Source: Mustelus asterias (taxonomy: Eukaryota). Taken from it: a stretch of DNA of 64,000 nt. Location: the NCBI RefSeq assembly GCF_964213995.1, contig NC_135808.1, positions 50,282,001 to 50,346,000 of the forward strand, given 5' to 3'. This document shows, piece after piece, positions 1-10,700 of the stretch (the first letter of the stretch is position 1; every line of letters begins with the position of its first letter). Below the pieces are notes generated by a model. It was given only the letters and a program-made list of their open reading frames with translations. It made no database searches and was not told where the DNA came from. The translations under genes were made by a program, and so were the position numbers.

Positions 1-103
1 ACAGAGAGAGGGGGAACAGAGAAGGGTGAATAGAGAGAGCGGGAGCAGAGACTGAGGGACAGAGACTGAGGGACAGAGACTGAGGGAGGGAGAGAGAAGA
101 AGA

Positions 104-197
104 GGAAGTGAAAGGTGCTGACGTGGTTTCTCTGGGTCAGACCATTTACAAACTGAGGAACAGGCAGTGAGACTCTGACAGGCTGCAGCTTTATAAA
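104..197 (+). promoter_or_regulatory. IgL kappa cluster A promoter (Ets-IRF composite site, CRE-like site, degenerate octamer, TATA)
   Basis: GGAAGTGAAA 104-113, TGACGT 119-124, ATTTACAA 144-151 and TATAAA 192-197 lie upstream of the leader ATG at 258. The same motifs are mirrored in cluster B. Confidence 0.7.
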
Positions 198-257
198 GCA
201 GAGCCCAGTGAAGGGAGAGTTTATCAGTAACCAGGCACAGGGACACGACCACACACC

Positions 258-306
258 ATGATTTCAGCCATCCAGCTGCTCTGGCCTCAGGCATTCTGCA
301 TCGCAG
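258..306 (+). CDS. Ig kappa-type light chain leader exon, cluster A (MISAIQLLWPQAFCIA-G)
   Basis: ccATG at 258, hydrophobic signal peptide, phase-1 donor G|GTAC at 307. Identical to the cluster B leader except CTG>CAG (L>Q). Confidence 0.9.
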
Positions 307-439
307 GTACAAATCTCTCTCCTTCCACCTTGAATATTTTCCTGCTCTCCATTTCAATCCAATTCTCCTGACTTGTGATTGAAGGGAAAATGCTGAAAGG
401 AGAGGAACAGTCAGTGTCTCCAACAATATCTCATTGTAC

Positions 440-1036
440 CACCTCCTGTACTGACACATCCCACAGTTTTATATAATATATAATAATGGACACACAGTCC
501 CACCTCCTGTACTGACACATCCCACAGTTTTATATAATATATAATAATGGACACACAGTCCCACCTCCTGTACTGACACATCCCACAGTTTTATATAATA
601 TATAATAATGGACACACAGTCCCACCTCCTGTACTGACACATCCCACAGTTTTATATAATATATAATAATGGACACACAGTCCCACCTCCTGTACTGACA
701 CATCCCACAGTTTTATATAATATATAATAATGGACACACAGTCCCACCTCCTGTACTGACACATCCCACAGTTTTATATAATATATAATAATGGACACAC
801 AGTCCCACCTCCTGTACTGACACATCCCACAGTTTTATATAATATATAATAATGGACACACAGCACCACCTCCTGTACTGACACATCCCACAGTTTTATA
901 TAATATATAATAATGGACACACAGTCCCACCTCCTGTACTGACACATCCCACAGTTTTATATAATATATAATAAAGGACACACAGTCCCACCTCCTGTAC
1001 TGACACATCCCACAGTTTTATATAATATATAATAAA
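440..1036 (+). repeat. 61-bp minisatellite, ~10 copies (V-J intersegment, cluster A)
   Basis: Unit CACCTCCTGTACTGACACATCCCACAGTTTTATATAATATATAATAATGGACACACAGTCC starts at 440, 501, 562 ... 989. Confidence 0.97.
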
Positions 1037-1221
1037 GACAAGAAAGGAAACTGGACAAATTATTTGCACTGTCCACTACACACTCCAGTCCCTGTGGTGT
1101 CCACCGCTCGCTGAAGGCCTCGAGTTTCCCTCTTACTCTCCATGTCCACATATGAAGAGCAGCTGAAAGATTTATCATCTCAAATTAGAATTCTCAACTC
1201 TCCCGACAAAACACTGAGACA

Positions 1222-1335
1222 TTGAGAGAAACAGAGAGAGAGAAACAGAGAGAGAGAAAGAGTGAGAGAGAAAGAGTGAGAGAGAAAGAGTGAGAGAGAA
1301 GAGATGAGTGAGTGAGTGAGTGAGGCAGAGAGCAG
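1222..1335 (+). repeat. GA/GAGT-rich microsatellite directly upstream of the J RSS
   Basis: (GA)n/(GAGT)n runs. A shorter counterpart is at ~44540-44610 in cluster B. Confidence 0.85.
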
Positions 1336-1336
1336 A

Positions 1337-1375
1337 GGTTTTTGTACAGCTCCTGCACTGGAAGCTGTCAGTGTG
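1337..1375 (+). other. 23-bp-spacer recombination signal sequence of J (cluster A)
   Basis: GGTTTTTGT (1337-1345), 23-nt spacer, CAGTGTG (1369-1375). Confidence 0.95.
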
Positions 1376-1410
1376 CCTTACGTTCGGTAAAGGAACCAAA
1401 CTCAGACTGA
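1376..1410 (+). CDS. IGKJ: Ig kappa-type J segment, cluster A (LTFGKGTKLRL)
   Basis: FGxG motif after the 23-RSS. Phase-1 donor A|GTAAGT at 1411 is compatible with the C exon. Confidence 0.95.
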
Positions 1411-2264
1411 GTAAGTAAAGCCCAATCCTCCGTTATTAACCCTTTCAATGCTGAAACTTTCTCAAACACAAATGCTGAATAGTTGAAGGTGTTGGTGAGG
1501 AAGCTGCAGTCAATGAAATGGTTGATTGAAGAACATTGTGTGGAACAGGGAGCCCAGCTGTATTTCTTTCCTTCCATTTCCCCCTTTAAGCAGCAAGATA
1601 TAAGTAAGCAGCTTTTACCCACCGTGTGGAGGAGATCTGGACGTTTGCAGACTGTGCTCACATTCCTGCAGCATGGAGTGAAATCACTCTCTAGACTCCT
1701 GTCAGTCTCAGTGTGACACACACAGGCAGAGTTTGATGTGAAGTCGGACTCCCTGTCACACTCTCTGGTATAACTGATCACAGCACCAGCACAGTGAGAC
1801 ACCGAGGTGCCACCTCCCCCAGCTTTCACTCTGCTCTCTCCACTCCCTGCTTATCTCTTGCTAAAGTTCTGATGACAAACAGCTACAGCAGGGCCCACAA
1901 TCCAGTGGCTTCAGTGTTCCAGGCTTTTGGGGAGACTCTCAGTTACTTTCTCTTTGGGACGAGTTCAGTCCGATATTTATCCCGGATCCAACATCACTGA
2001 AAATGCTGATTGTTCTCATTGCTGTGTGTGGGATCTTGCTGTGTACACGTTGTGACCAATCCTCAGACAAGGTCCCTCATTTGTTAACTTCCTGAACCCG
2101 ATCCCAATTTTGTTTTGCTCCTGGGTGAGGAGTAATCAGCTGGATCCCTGACTTTATTCAACCCCGCCCTCGATTGGTCACAACAAGGTTCATTTAAAAT
2201 GGATCCCTTCACCCGTGGAAACCTTACACAGTCCACGTAATCCTTTATTCGCCTTTGAATCTCT

Positions 2265-2590
2265 ACAGTGCAGAAGGAGGCTGTTCAGTCCATCGAATCT
2301 GTACCAACTCTCTGAAAGAGCTTCTTACCCAGGCTCCCCACCCTATCCCTGTAACCCTGCGCATTTACCATTGCTAATCCACTTAAAGAACACACTCGGG
2401 GCATTTTAGCATGGCCAATCCATCTAACCTGTATTGAATTTTGGGAGGAAACTGGAGCACTCGGAGGAAACCTACACAGACATCAGGTTAACATGCAAAC
2501 TCTACACAGGCAGTGACCCGAGGCCTGAATTGAACCCAGGTCCCTGGCTGTGAGGCGGCAGTGCTAATCACTGTGTCAACATGCCGCCGC
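2265..2590 (-). mobile_element. HE1/V-SINE-like tRNA-derived SINE
   Basis: Reverse complement of the tRNA-like head and V-domain core (GTGTAGAGTTTGCATG...GTTTCCTCC). A truncated orthologous copy is at ~43420-43630. Confidence 0.8.
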
Positions 2591-2719
2591 TCTTTTAATT
2601 TTTTAGAAGGAATTATTTTAACCAGGTTTTCTTGAATACGTTTATTAGTTACTAAATACCTGAGAAAATAATCAACATGTGAAACGCACACACTCTCGCA
2701 CTGACTAGAAATGAAAAGT

Positions 2720-5340
2720 ATGAGGAGAGGTTGACTAGGTTAGGATTGTTTTCGCTGGAGTTCAGACGAATGAGGGGGTATCTCATAGAGACTTATAAAA
2801 TTCTAGCGGGATGAGACAGGATAGATACAGGGAGGATGTTCCCGATGTTGGAGAGTCCAGAACCAGTCGCAGTCTGAGGATTCAGGCTAGACCATTTAGG
2901 ATGGAGGTGAGGAGACATTTCTTCACCCAAAAAGTGGTGAGCCTGTGGAATTCATTGCCACAGGAAGCAGTTGATGCCAAAACATTGAATGTATTCAGGA
3001 GGCGGCTAGATATAGCACTTGGGGTGAATGGGATCTAAAGTTATGGGGAAAAGGCAGAATTAGGCTATTGAGTTGGATGATCAGCCATAATCGTAATGAA
3101 TAGTGGAGCAGGCTCAAAGGGCCAAATGGCCTCCTCCTGCTCCTATCTTCTGTGTTTCTGTGTCTATGTTTCTACGTTTTCATAATTCTGTCTTGCTGCA
3201 GTTATACAGGGCCTTGGTGAGGCCACACTGGGAATATTGTGCACAGTTTTGTTCTCCTTATCTGAGGAAGGATGTTCTTGCTCTACATGGAGCGCAGACC
3301 AGGTTTACCAGACTGATTCCTGCGATAGTGGGACTGACGTATGAGGAGAGATTGAATTAGTTAAAGTTTATATTCACTGGAGTTCAGAAGAATGAGGGGG
3401 GAACTCAGAGAAACCTATAAAGCTCTAAAAGGTTCGGGGGATTAGTGAGGTAAATACATGGGGTTATGGGGTAAGAGTCGATGCAGACTCGATTGACCAA
3501 ATGGACTCCGCCTGCACTTTAGGGATTCTATTGTCCATGTCTGTGCCGGCCACCAAGCACCTATCTATTCCAATCCCATTTTCCAGCCCTTGGTCCGTTG
3601 CCTTGTTTGCTTTGGAATTTATCTAAATGCATCTTAAATGTTGTGAGGGTTCCCACCTCCACCACCCTTTCAGGCAGTGAGTTCCAGATTCCCAACACCC
3701 TCTGGGTGAAAAGATTTCCCTCAAGACTCTCAAAATCTGCTGCCTCTATAATGAAGGGAAATGGTTCCTCGTATCTGTCTTGCTGCAGTTATAGTAAGAT
3801 GTCGATATGCGCGATCTCCTTGGAGATTCTCTCCACTTGGAGCCCCAGTTGCGGTGTCGATGGTAGCCATGATATGGAGATGCCGGCGTTGGACTGGGGT
3901 GTCCAATGCCGGCATCGCCACATCATCGCTGCAGTTATCCAGGGCCTTGGTGAGGCCACACTGGGAATATTGTTTGCAGTTTTGGTCTCCTTATTTGAGG
4001 AAGGATGTTTTTGCAACGGAGGGAGCACAGCAAAGGTTTACCAGACTGATTCCCGGGATAATGGACTGATGTAGGAGGAGAGATTGTTTTGGTTAAGATC
4101 ATATTTGCTGCAGTTCAGAAGGATGAGGGGAATCACATAGAAACCTATAAAATTGTAACAGGACTAGACATGGTAGTTGCAGGAAGGATGTTCCCAATGG
4201 TGGGATTGTCCGTGGTGGGTTCCGTGGTGGGTTCCAGGGGTCACAGTCTGAGGATACGGAGTAAACCTTTTAGGACTGAGGTGAGGAGAAATTCCTTCAC
4301 CCAGAGAGGCGTAAACCTGTGGAATTCACTACCACAGAAAGCAGTTGAGGCTAAAATATTGTATGTTTTCAAGAAGGAGTTAGATTTAGGTCTTGGGGTG
4401 AATGGGATCAAAGGATTTAGAGGTAAAGCAGGATCTGGATACTGATTGGATAATCAGCCATGATCATGGTGAATAATGGGGCAGGCATGAAGGGCTGAGT
4501 GGCCTCCTCCATCTCCTATTTTCTGTGATTCTATGCAGACCAGCATTTATTACCCATCCCTAATTGCCCTGGTGAAGATGGTGCTGAGGTGGTGGAATAA
4601 GTTCTACTCCAATGAGTATTGGCCCAACCTGCTCAAGCTTTCCTCATAAGACAATCCATTACTCAGTGGAATCAGCCTCGTGAATCTTCTCTGAACTCTT
4701 TCCAATGCTACTATATCCTTACTTGGGAATGGAGACCAAAAGTGTCCACAATATTCCAGGTGTGATCTTCCCAACGTGCTGTACAGCTGGAGTAAGACAT
4801 CCCTACTTCTATACTCATCCTCATTGGAATGAAGAACAACATTCCATTTGCCTTCCTAATTTTTTGCTGTTCCTGGATGCAAAGACACACAGATCACTCG
4901 ATAGAATCTCTCCAGTTTACTAGTATTCTGCTCTATCCTCTTGCCAAAGTGGACAACCTCACAATTTCCCACATTATACTCCATCAGTCAATGTTTTCCC
5001 ACTCACTGAATCTACCTCTATCCCTTTTCAGACTCTGTATTCACCTCACAACTTGCTTTCCTACTAATCATTTTACCATCAGCAAATTTAGCGACAATCC
5101 TCTCATTCCCTTCATCCAGCTCATTAATATAGATTGTAGAGTTAAACCCCAAACAACAACCATCTTCCTATGTGCTGGGTATAACTCCAGCCAGCACAGA
5201 GTTTTCCCCCCTGATTCCCATTGACTCCAGTTTTGCATGGACTCCTTGATGCCACACTTGGTCAAATCCTGCCTTGATGTCAAGGGCAGTCACTCTCACC
5301 TCACCTTTGGAGTTCAGCTCTTTTGTCCACGTTTGAACCA
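2720..5340. mobile_element. Stack of old CR1-type LINE 3' fragments in the J-C intron (largely shared with cluster B 40300-42650)
   Basis: ORF fragments 'LVRPHWEYCAQF', 'FFTQKVVSLWNSLP' and 'YEERL' are typical of CR1 ORF2 C-termini. Confidence 0.8.
3793..3927. mobile_element. Short hairpin-ended Penelope-like insertion
   Basis: TSD GCTGCAGTTAT at 3782-3792 and 3928-3938; inverted repeat 3871-3924; empty site in cluster B (~42005-42020). Confidence 0.6.
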
Positions 5341-5344
5341 TCTG

Positions 5345-6015
5345 GGAAAAAGCTTCCCACCGTTCACCCTATCTGTGCCTTTCATAATTTTATACACCTC
5401 TATTAGGTCACCCCTCATCCTCCGTCTTTCCAGTGAGAACAACCCCAGTTTACCCAATCTCTCCTCATAACTAAGCCCTTCCATACCAGGCAACATCCTG
5501 GTAAACCTCCTCTGCACTCTCTCTAAAGCCTCCATGTCCTTCTGGTAGTGTGTGGTGACCAGAACTGGGCGCAGTATTACAAATGCGGCCAAACCAACAT
5601 TCTATACAACTGCAACATCAGATCCCAACTTTTATACTCTATGCCCCGTCCTATAAAGGCAAGCATGCCATATGCCTTATTCACTACCTTCTCCACCTGT
5701 GACGTCACCTTCTAGGATCTGTGGACTTGCACACCCAGGTCCCTCTGCATATCTACACCCTTTATGGTTCTGCCATTTATCATATAGCTCCCCCCTACGT
5801 TAGTTCTACCAAAATGCATCACTTCGCATTTATCTGGATTGAACTCCATCTGCCATTTCTTTGCCCAAATTTCCAGCCTATCTATATCCTTCTGTAGCCT
5901 CTGACAATGTTCCTCACTATCTGCAAGTCCAGCCATTTTCGTGTCGTCCGCAAACTTACTGATCACCCCAGTTACACCTTCTTCCAGATCATTTATATCA
6001 ATCACAAACAGCAGT
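5345..6015 (-). mobile_element. CR1-type LINE ORF2 fragment, private to cluster A
   Basis: 'DLEEGVTGVISKFADDTK' RT motif. Same subfamily as the 56820-59210 copy. Confidence 0.88.
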
Positions 6016-6039
6016 AACAGCAATAACATTGTGAATAAT

Positions 6040-6570
6040 CAAGATTAGACTGATGGGATGGTTATTGTGTGGATTGGATTTGTCCTGTTTGATGTGGACA
6101 ATTCATAACCAGGCAATTTTCCACATTGCCGGGTTGATGCCAGTGTTGTACCTGCACTGGAACAGCTTGGCTCGGGGCATGGAATGTTCTGGAGCACTAG
6201 TCTGCAGGACTTCCGGAGGAGGTCGAGCTGGATCATCTACTCGGCACTTCCGGCTAAAGATTACTGTGAATGCTTCAACCTTATCTTTTGTACTGATGGG
6301 CTGGGCTCCTCCATCATTGAGGATGGGGATATTTGTGTTGCCTCCTCCTCCAGTGAGTTGTTTAATTGTCCACCACCATTCACTGGATATGGCAGGACTG
6401 CAGAGCTTTGATCTGATCCATTGGTTGTGGGATGGTTTAGCTCTGTCTATCACTTGCTGCTTCTGCTGTTTGACACACAGTCCTGTGTTGTAGCTTCACC
6501 AGGTTAACACCTCATTTTTCAGTACATCTGCTGTTGCTCCTGCCATGTCCTCCTGCACTCTTCATTGAAC
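6040..6570 (-). mobile_element. Fragment of a second LINE family (CR1/L2-group-like)
   Basis: 'SEWWWTIKQLTGGGG.TNIPILNDGGAQ' is shared with 39640-40500 and 52880-53110. Confidence 0.7.
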
Positions 6571-8073
6571 TGAAAGCAGCAGAGAATCCACAGAAACGGA
6601 ATGATGCTTCAAATCCCACTCCTGAGATGGTGGTGGCAGATGCTATACAAATGTATTTCTGTCTTCGAGCTTGTGGATTCCTGATCCTTGCCCATTGTCC
6701 ACACACTCGCAGCCTCCAGGGTTCATGGGGGCTTTTGGAACAGTGACCCTGACTGATCCCCGGACACTGGGACTAATTCTAGCCTCACCCTTAAACTCAG
6801 CCAAGTGCTGTGCGGTAAGGTTTGCAATGAAATCTAGAAGCTTCTACACTGACAGCCAATCAGAATCCTGTGTGAACTGTGTTGATCCAAGTCTGCTGCA
6901 ATGTTCTGGGATAAAGTTCTCCTGATCTGTGTGTGATCTGTGGTTTGTTGATGCTCAACCTGTTTCCCCCAGACAGACTGAACAATAGTTCCAGCTTCCT
7001 GACTGGTTAACAGTCTCTTAAAGGGACACTGTGTCTTTAAATACTCTCACTATTAACCATTTCAGTGCTGAATTTGTAGTAACCTTCTTTACAAATGTTT
7101 CAGTAACATTGCAAAATGATTCAACCAGCTTCAAATCAAACCTTTACCCCCAGACACTGAACTACTTTGAAATCCAACTTGTCACTTTCCCTCGGACCCC
7201 ATCAGCTTTTAATTTTAAACAATGGTACAGCATTATCCGTCCTCCAGTCCTCCCACACCACACCTGTAGCCAGAGAGGATTGGGAAATAATGGTCAGAGT
7301 CTCTGCTTTTTCTTCCCTTGCTTCCCTTCGCATCCTGGGATACATTTCACCTGGGCTTGGGAATTTTTCCACTTTCAAAGATGATAAGAACATTAATATC
7401 TCCTCCCACACTATCATTATCCCATTAATTATTTCACAATCTCTCTCCTCCTGAAGTACAATGTCAGCTTTGTCCCTCTCATTTGTGATATCGAATGTAA
7501 ATTATTCGTTCAGAACCATCTCTGTGCCTTCCCCCTCCACACACAAGTTACCTTGTTGCTCTCTAATCAGCCCTATTCATTCCTTAGTTATCCTCTTTGC
7601 AATGTCCCACGCTATTGCTTTGTTTGAACATATTTGTTCTGAACTCTATCTCCAGCTCGAATATCCTCCCACTGCTCTGACACTGATTTACCTTCAAGTC
7701 GCTGTTTCCGGTTCATTTTGCCAAATTCCAGTTGAGTGAAATTGGCCTTTCCCCAAGTTAAAACATTTACCCTTGATCGATCTTTCCTCTTTTCCATAGC
7801 TACTCGAAATCGTTAACTTTATGATGATCATTATTACCCAAATGTTCCCCCACTCATACACCTTCCAGCTACCCAGATTTGTTCTCTAAAATTACCCAAA
7901 ACTGCCCCTTCTCTTGTTGGGATTGTTCCGTACTGGTTAAAAAATTTCCCTGGAATAGATTTTCGGAATTGTGCAATGTTGAAACATTGACACTGATTTG
8001 ATCCCAGTCAATATTCGGGAAGTTGAAAACCCTGAAAATGGCAGTGATTAAAATTCCTTCTCTTCTCTTTCAG

Positions 8074-8402
8074 CCCGTGAGAATTCACAACCCACGCTGA
8101 CCCTGCTGCCCCCCTCCCCGGAGGAGGTCAAGACCAAGGGCACTGCCACCCTGGTGTGCCTTGCCAATCACTTCTATCCCGATGAGGTGGAGGTGAAGTG
8201 GAAGAAGGACGGTGCAGCCATTTCCAACGGGATTCAGACCAGCAACTACCTGCGAGCTTCAGACAACACCTACAGCGTCAGCAGCCTGCTGACCCTCTCT
8301 GGCTCCGACTGGGAGTCCAACGCCCGCTTCTCCTGTGCCCTCACCCACGTCAGCCTCTCCTCGCCCCTCAGCAAGAGCGTCAGGAGATCAGAATGTGCCT
8401 AG
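8074..8402 (+). CDS. IGKC: Ig kappa-type light chain constant exon, cluster A
   Basis: Acceptor TTTCAG|CC. Protein RENSQPTLTLLPPSPEEVKTKGTATLVCLANHFYP...W...FSCALTH...SECA* is a C1-set domain with the penultimate interchain Cys and an open frame. Confidence 0.96.
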
Positions 8403-8886
8403 AGTGTTAGAGACAGTCCACAGAGGAGACACAACTTGGAATAGAACAGGGGTGAGCTGGGAGGGCAAAGGTCACTGTCAGCATTGAATTACAACTCTCT
8501 TCTTTCTCGGGACTGGGTTAGAGACACTTCTGAGGGTCAGGGGTTAAAGCACATTATTGGAGCAATGCAGAGGGAGCTTTACTCTGTATCTAACCTCATG
8601 CTGTACCTGGCTTGGGACTGTTTGATAGGGACTGTGTAGAGGGAGTTTTACTCTGTTCCTGTTCTGGGACTGTTTGATGGGGACAGTGCAGACTCGTGAT
8701 AACAAGTACAACCTCTGGAAGATGCTGAAGAGTGTCAGCTGTACAATAATAATGTGACCCTGTGAAGTGTCTGCTTCAGTAAACCAGACCTCCTTCCTGC
8801 TCACCCTGCAGTTACAATTGAAGCTTTAGTCACTGTTTAAAGGGACAGGATTCTCATGTTATTGAGAAAATCTCCACAAGTGTTTT

Positions 8887-8975
8887 AATAAACCTCCATT
8901 CTCCCTGTGAATTTCTCCAGCTTCCTCTGGCTGGGCTGTTTTTTCTGTCAATGTCAATGTGTAAAAGGTAATAAA
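8887..8975 (+). terminator. Polyadenylation signals of cluster A
   Basis: AATAAA at 8887-8892 and 8970-8975, the second followed by a GT-rich tract. Mirrored in cluster B. Confidence 0.7.
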
Positions 8976-9644
8976 CATTAAGAATATTCAGTTTCTGTCT
9001 GGTGAGTGCTTTGGAAATGTCCCACCTCCCCATCAGCTGATTGGCTGCATTTCACCAAGTGATTGTCCTGATTGGCTGCTTGGCCTGTCAATCAATGACA
9101 CATCAGCAGAAGATTGGATTCAAAGCCAATGATCATTCATTTGAAAATGATCAGTTTGATCTGGAATCTCTTGAGTGACAAGATTGAAAACAGAGAAGAA
9201 ACTGAAAGTTGCTGGGATTAAACCATCACAATCACAATTCTCCACCCCATATTCACCACCTCCCTCTTGACCTTAACCATCTCACGTGGTCTCACTGCTC
9301 CCATAGTTTCAATCAGAGATAAGACCATCTCTGATCACTTCCTTGTATCACTCCCCAGCCACATCCTCCTTCCACACCCCCAACCCTACCCCCTTCTGTA
9401 TCCATCCCTTCAAAAACCTATTCCCCAATTCACTTACAACCGCACTTTCCAAATCCCATCTATCTTAAATTTCATTTTACCAGAAGCCAGTTTATTCTCA
9501 GACCAGCTGAGCAGAGAGAAAACCCCTTTGTTTCTCCACACCCAACTCTTCCAGCTGTGTCCATTGATCATTGAGCCAATGATCATCACTTGTCTTCATC
9601 AATCTAATTGGATGAACAATATAAATATCAAAGGATAATGTAAC

Positions 9645-10700
9645 AGCCTTAACCATCTCACTTGGCAGTGCATTCCAGGCCACTACCACCCTCTGTGTAA
9701 AAAAACTTCCCCTGCACATCTCTACTGAACCTTTCCCCCCTGACCCTGAACTTGTGCCCCTTGTAATTGTCATTTCTACCCTGGGAAAAAGCTTCCAACT
9801 CTTCACCTTATCTATGCCCCTCATTATTGTATAAACTTCTATCAGGTCCCCCTCAACCTCCATCTTTCCTGGGAGAACAGTCCCAGTTTATTCAATCTCA
9901 CCTCAAAGCTAATGCCCTCCGTACCAGGCAACATACTGGTAAACCTTGTCTGTCCTCCCTCGAAAGCCACCACGTTCTTCTAGTAGTGTGGCGACCAGAA
10001 TTGAACACAGTATTCCCAATGTGACCTAACCAACGTTTTCTATAACTGGAACATAATTTGCCAACTTTTATCCTTGATGCTCCAGGCGATGAAGGCAAGC
10101 ACGTCATATGCTTTCTTCATCAGATTTCCACCTGTGCTGCCACTTTTAAGGATCTGTGGACCTGTCCTCCCAGATCTCTGTTTGTCTCTGCTCCTGATGG
10201 TTCTGCCATTTATTTTATAGCTCCCACCTGAATTGCATCTACCAAAATGCATCATCTTGCATTTGGCTGGATTAAATTCTACCTGTCAATTCTCCACCCA
10301 ATTTTCCAGCCTATCTGTATCCTGCTGTATTCTCTGACAATCTTCATCACTATCCGCAACTCCAGCAATCTTAATATCATCTGCAAACTTTTTAATCAGA
10401 CCAACTATATTTTCTTCCAAGTCACTTGTATATATTACAAACAATAGAAGTCCCAGCACTAATCCCTGTTCAAGACCACCAGTAAGAGTTTTAACAACAC
10501 CAGGTTAACACCAGTTACAGACTGCTTCTTGAAAGCATACAACGTTTTGGCCTCAACTGCTTTCTGTGGTAGCAAATTCCACAGGCTGACCACGCTCTGG
10601 GTGAAGAAATTTCTCCTCATCTCTGTCCTAAACACTCCGTCCTTAATCCACAGGCTGTAAGCCCTGGTTCTAGACACCCCCAACATCGGTTATATCCTTC
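9645..10700 (-). mobile_element. CR1-type LINE fragments
   Basis: ORF fragments 'GDLIEVY.IMRGID', 'MHFGRCN' and 'RRNFFTQSVVSLWN'. Confidence 0.8.

Larger units (their letters stand above)
258..8402 (+). pseudogene. IgL kappa cluster A lacking V (L-[V deleted]-J-C)
   Basis: The leader intron matches cluster B up to TCATTGTAC (431-439), then runs directly into the minisatellite. The V acceptor, V exon and 12-RSS present in cluster B (46733-47128) are absent. J and C are intact. Confidence 0.75.

Noticed and set aside
432-446. V deletion as a RAG signal joint (CATTGTA / CACCTCC)
   Set aside because: Poor heptamers, no nonamer at 12 or 23 spacing; AC microhomology explains the junction.
440-1036. 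Regular repeat array resembling CRISPR
   Set aside because: Head-to-tail identical units with no unique spacers, no cas genes, vertebrate context.
1346-1350. Acceptor TTTTTGTACAG for leader-J splicing
   Set aside because: Out of frame with J (reaches TAA at 1388-1390); only the heptamer AG is in frame.
1368-1829. Antisense ORFs shared by both clusters (also 43974-44504)
   Set aside because: Shared only because the DNA is duplicated; non-ATG starts and no recognisable domain.
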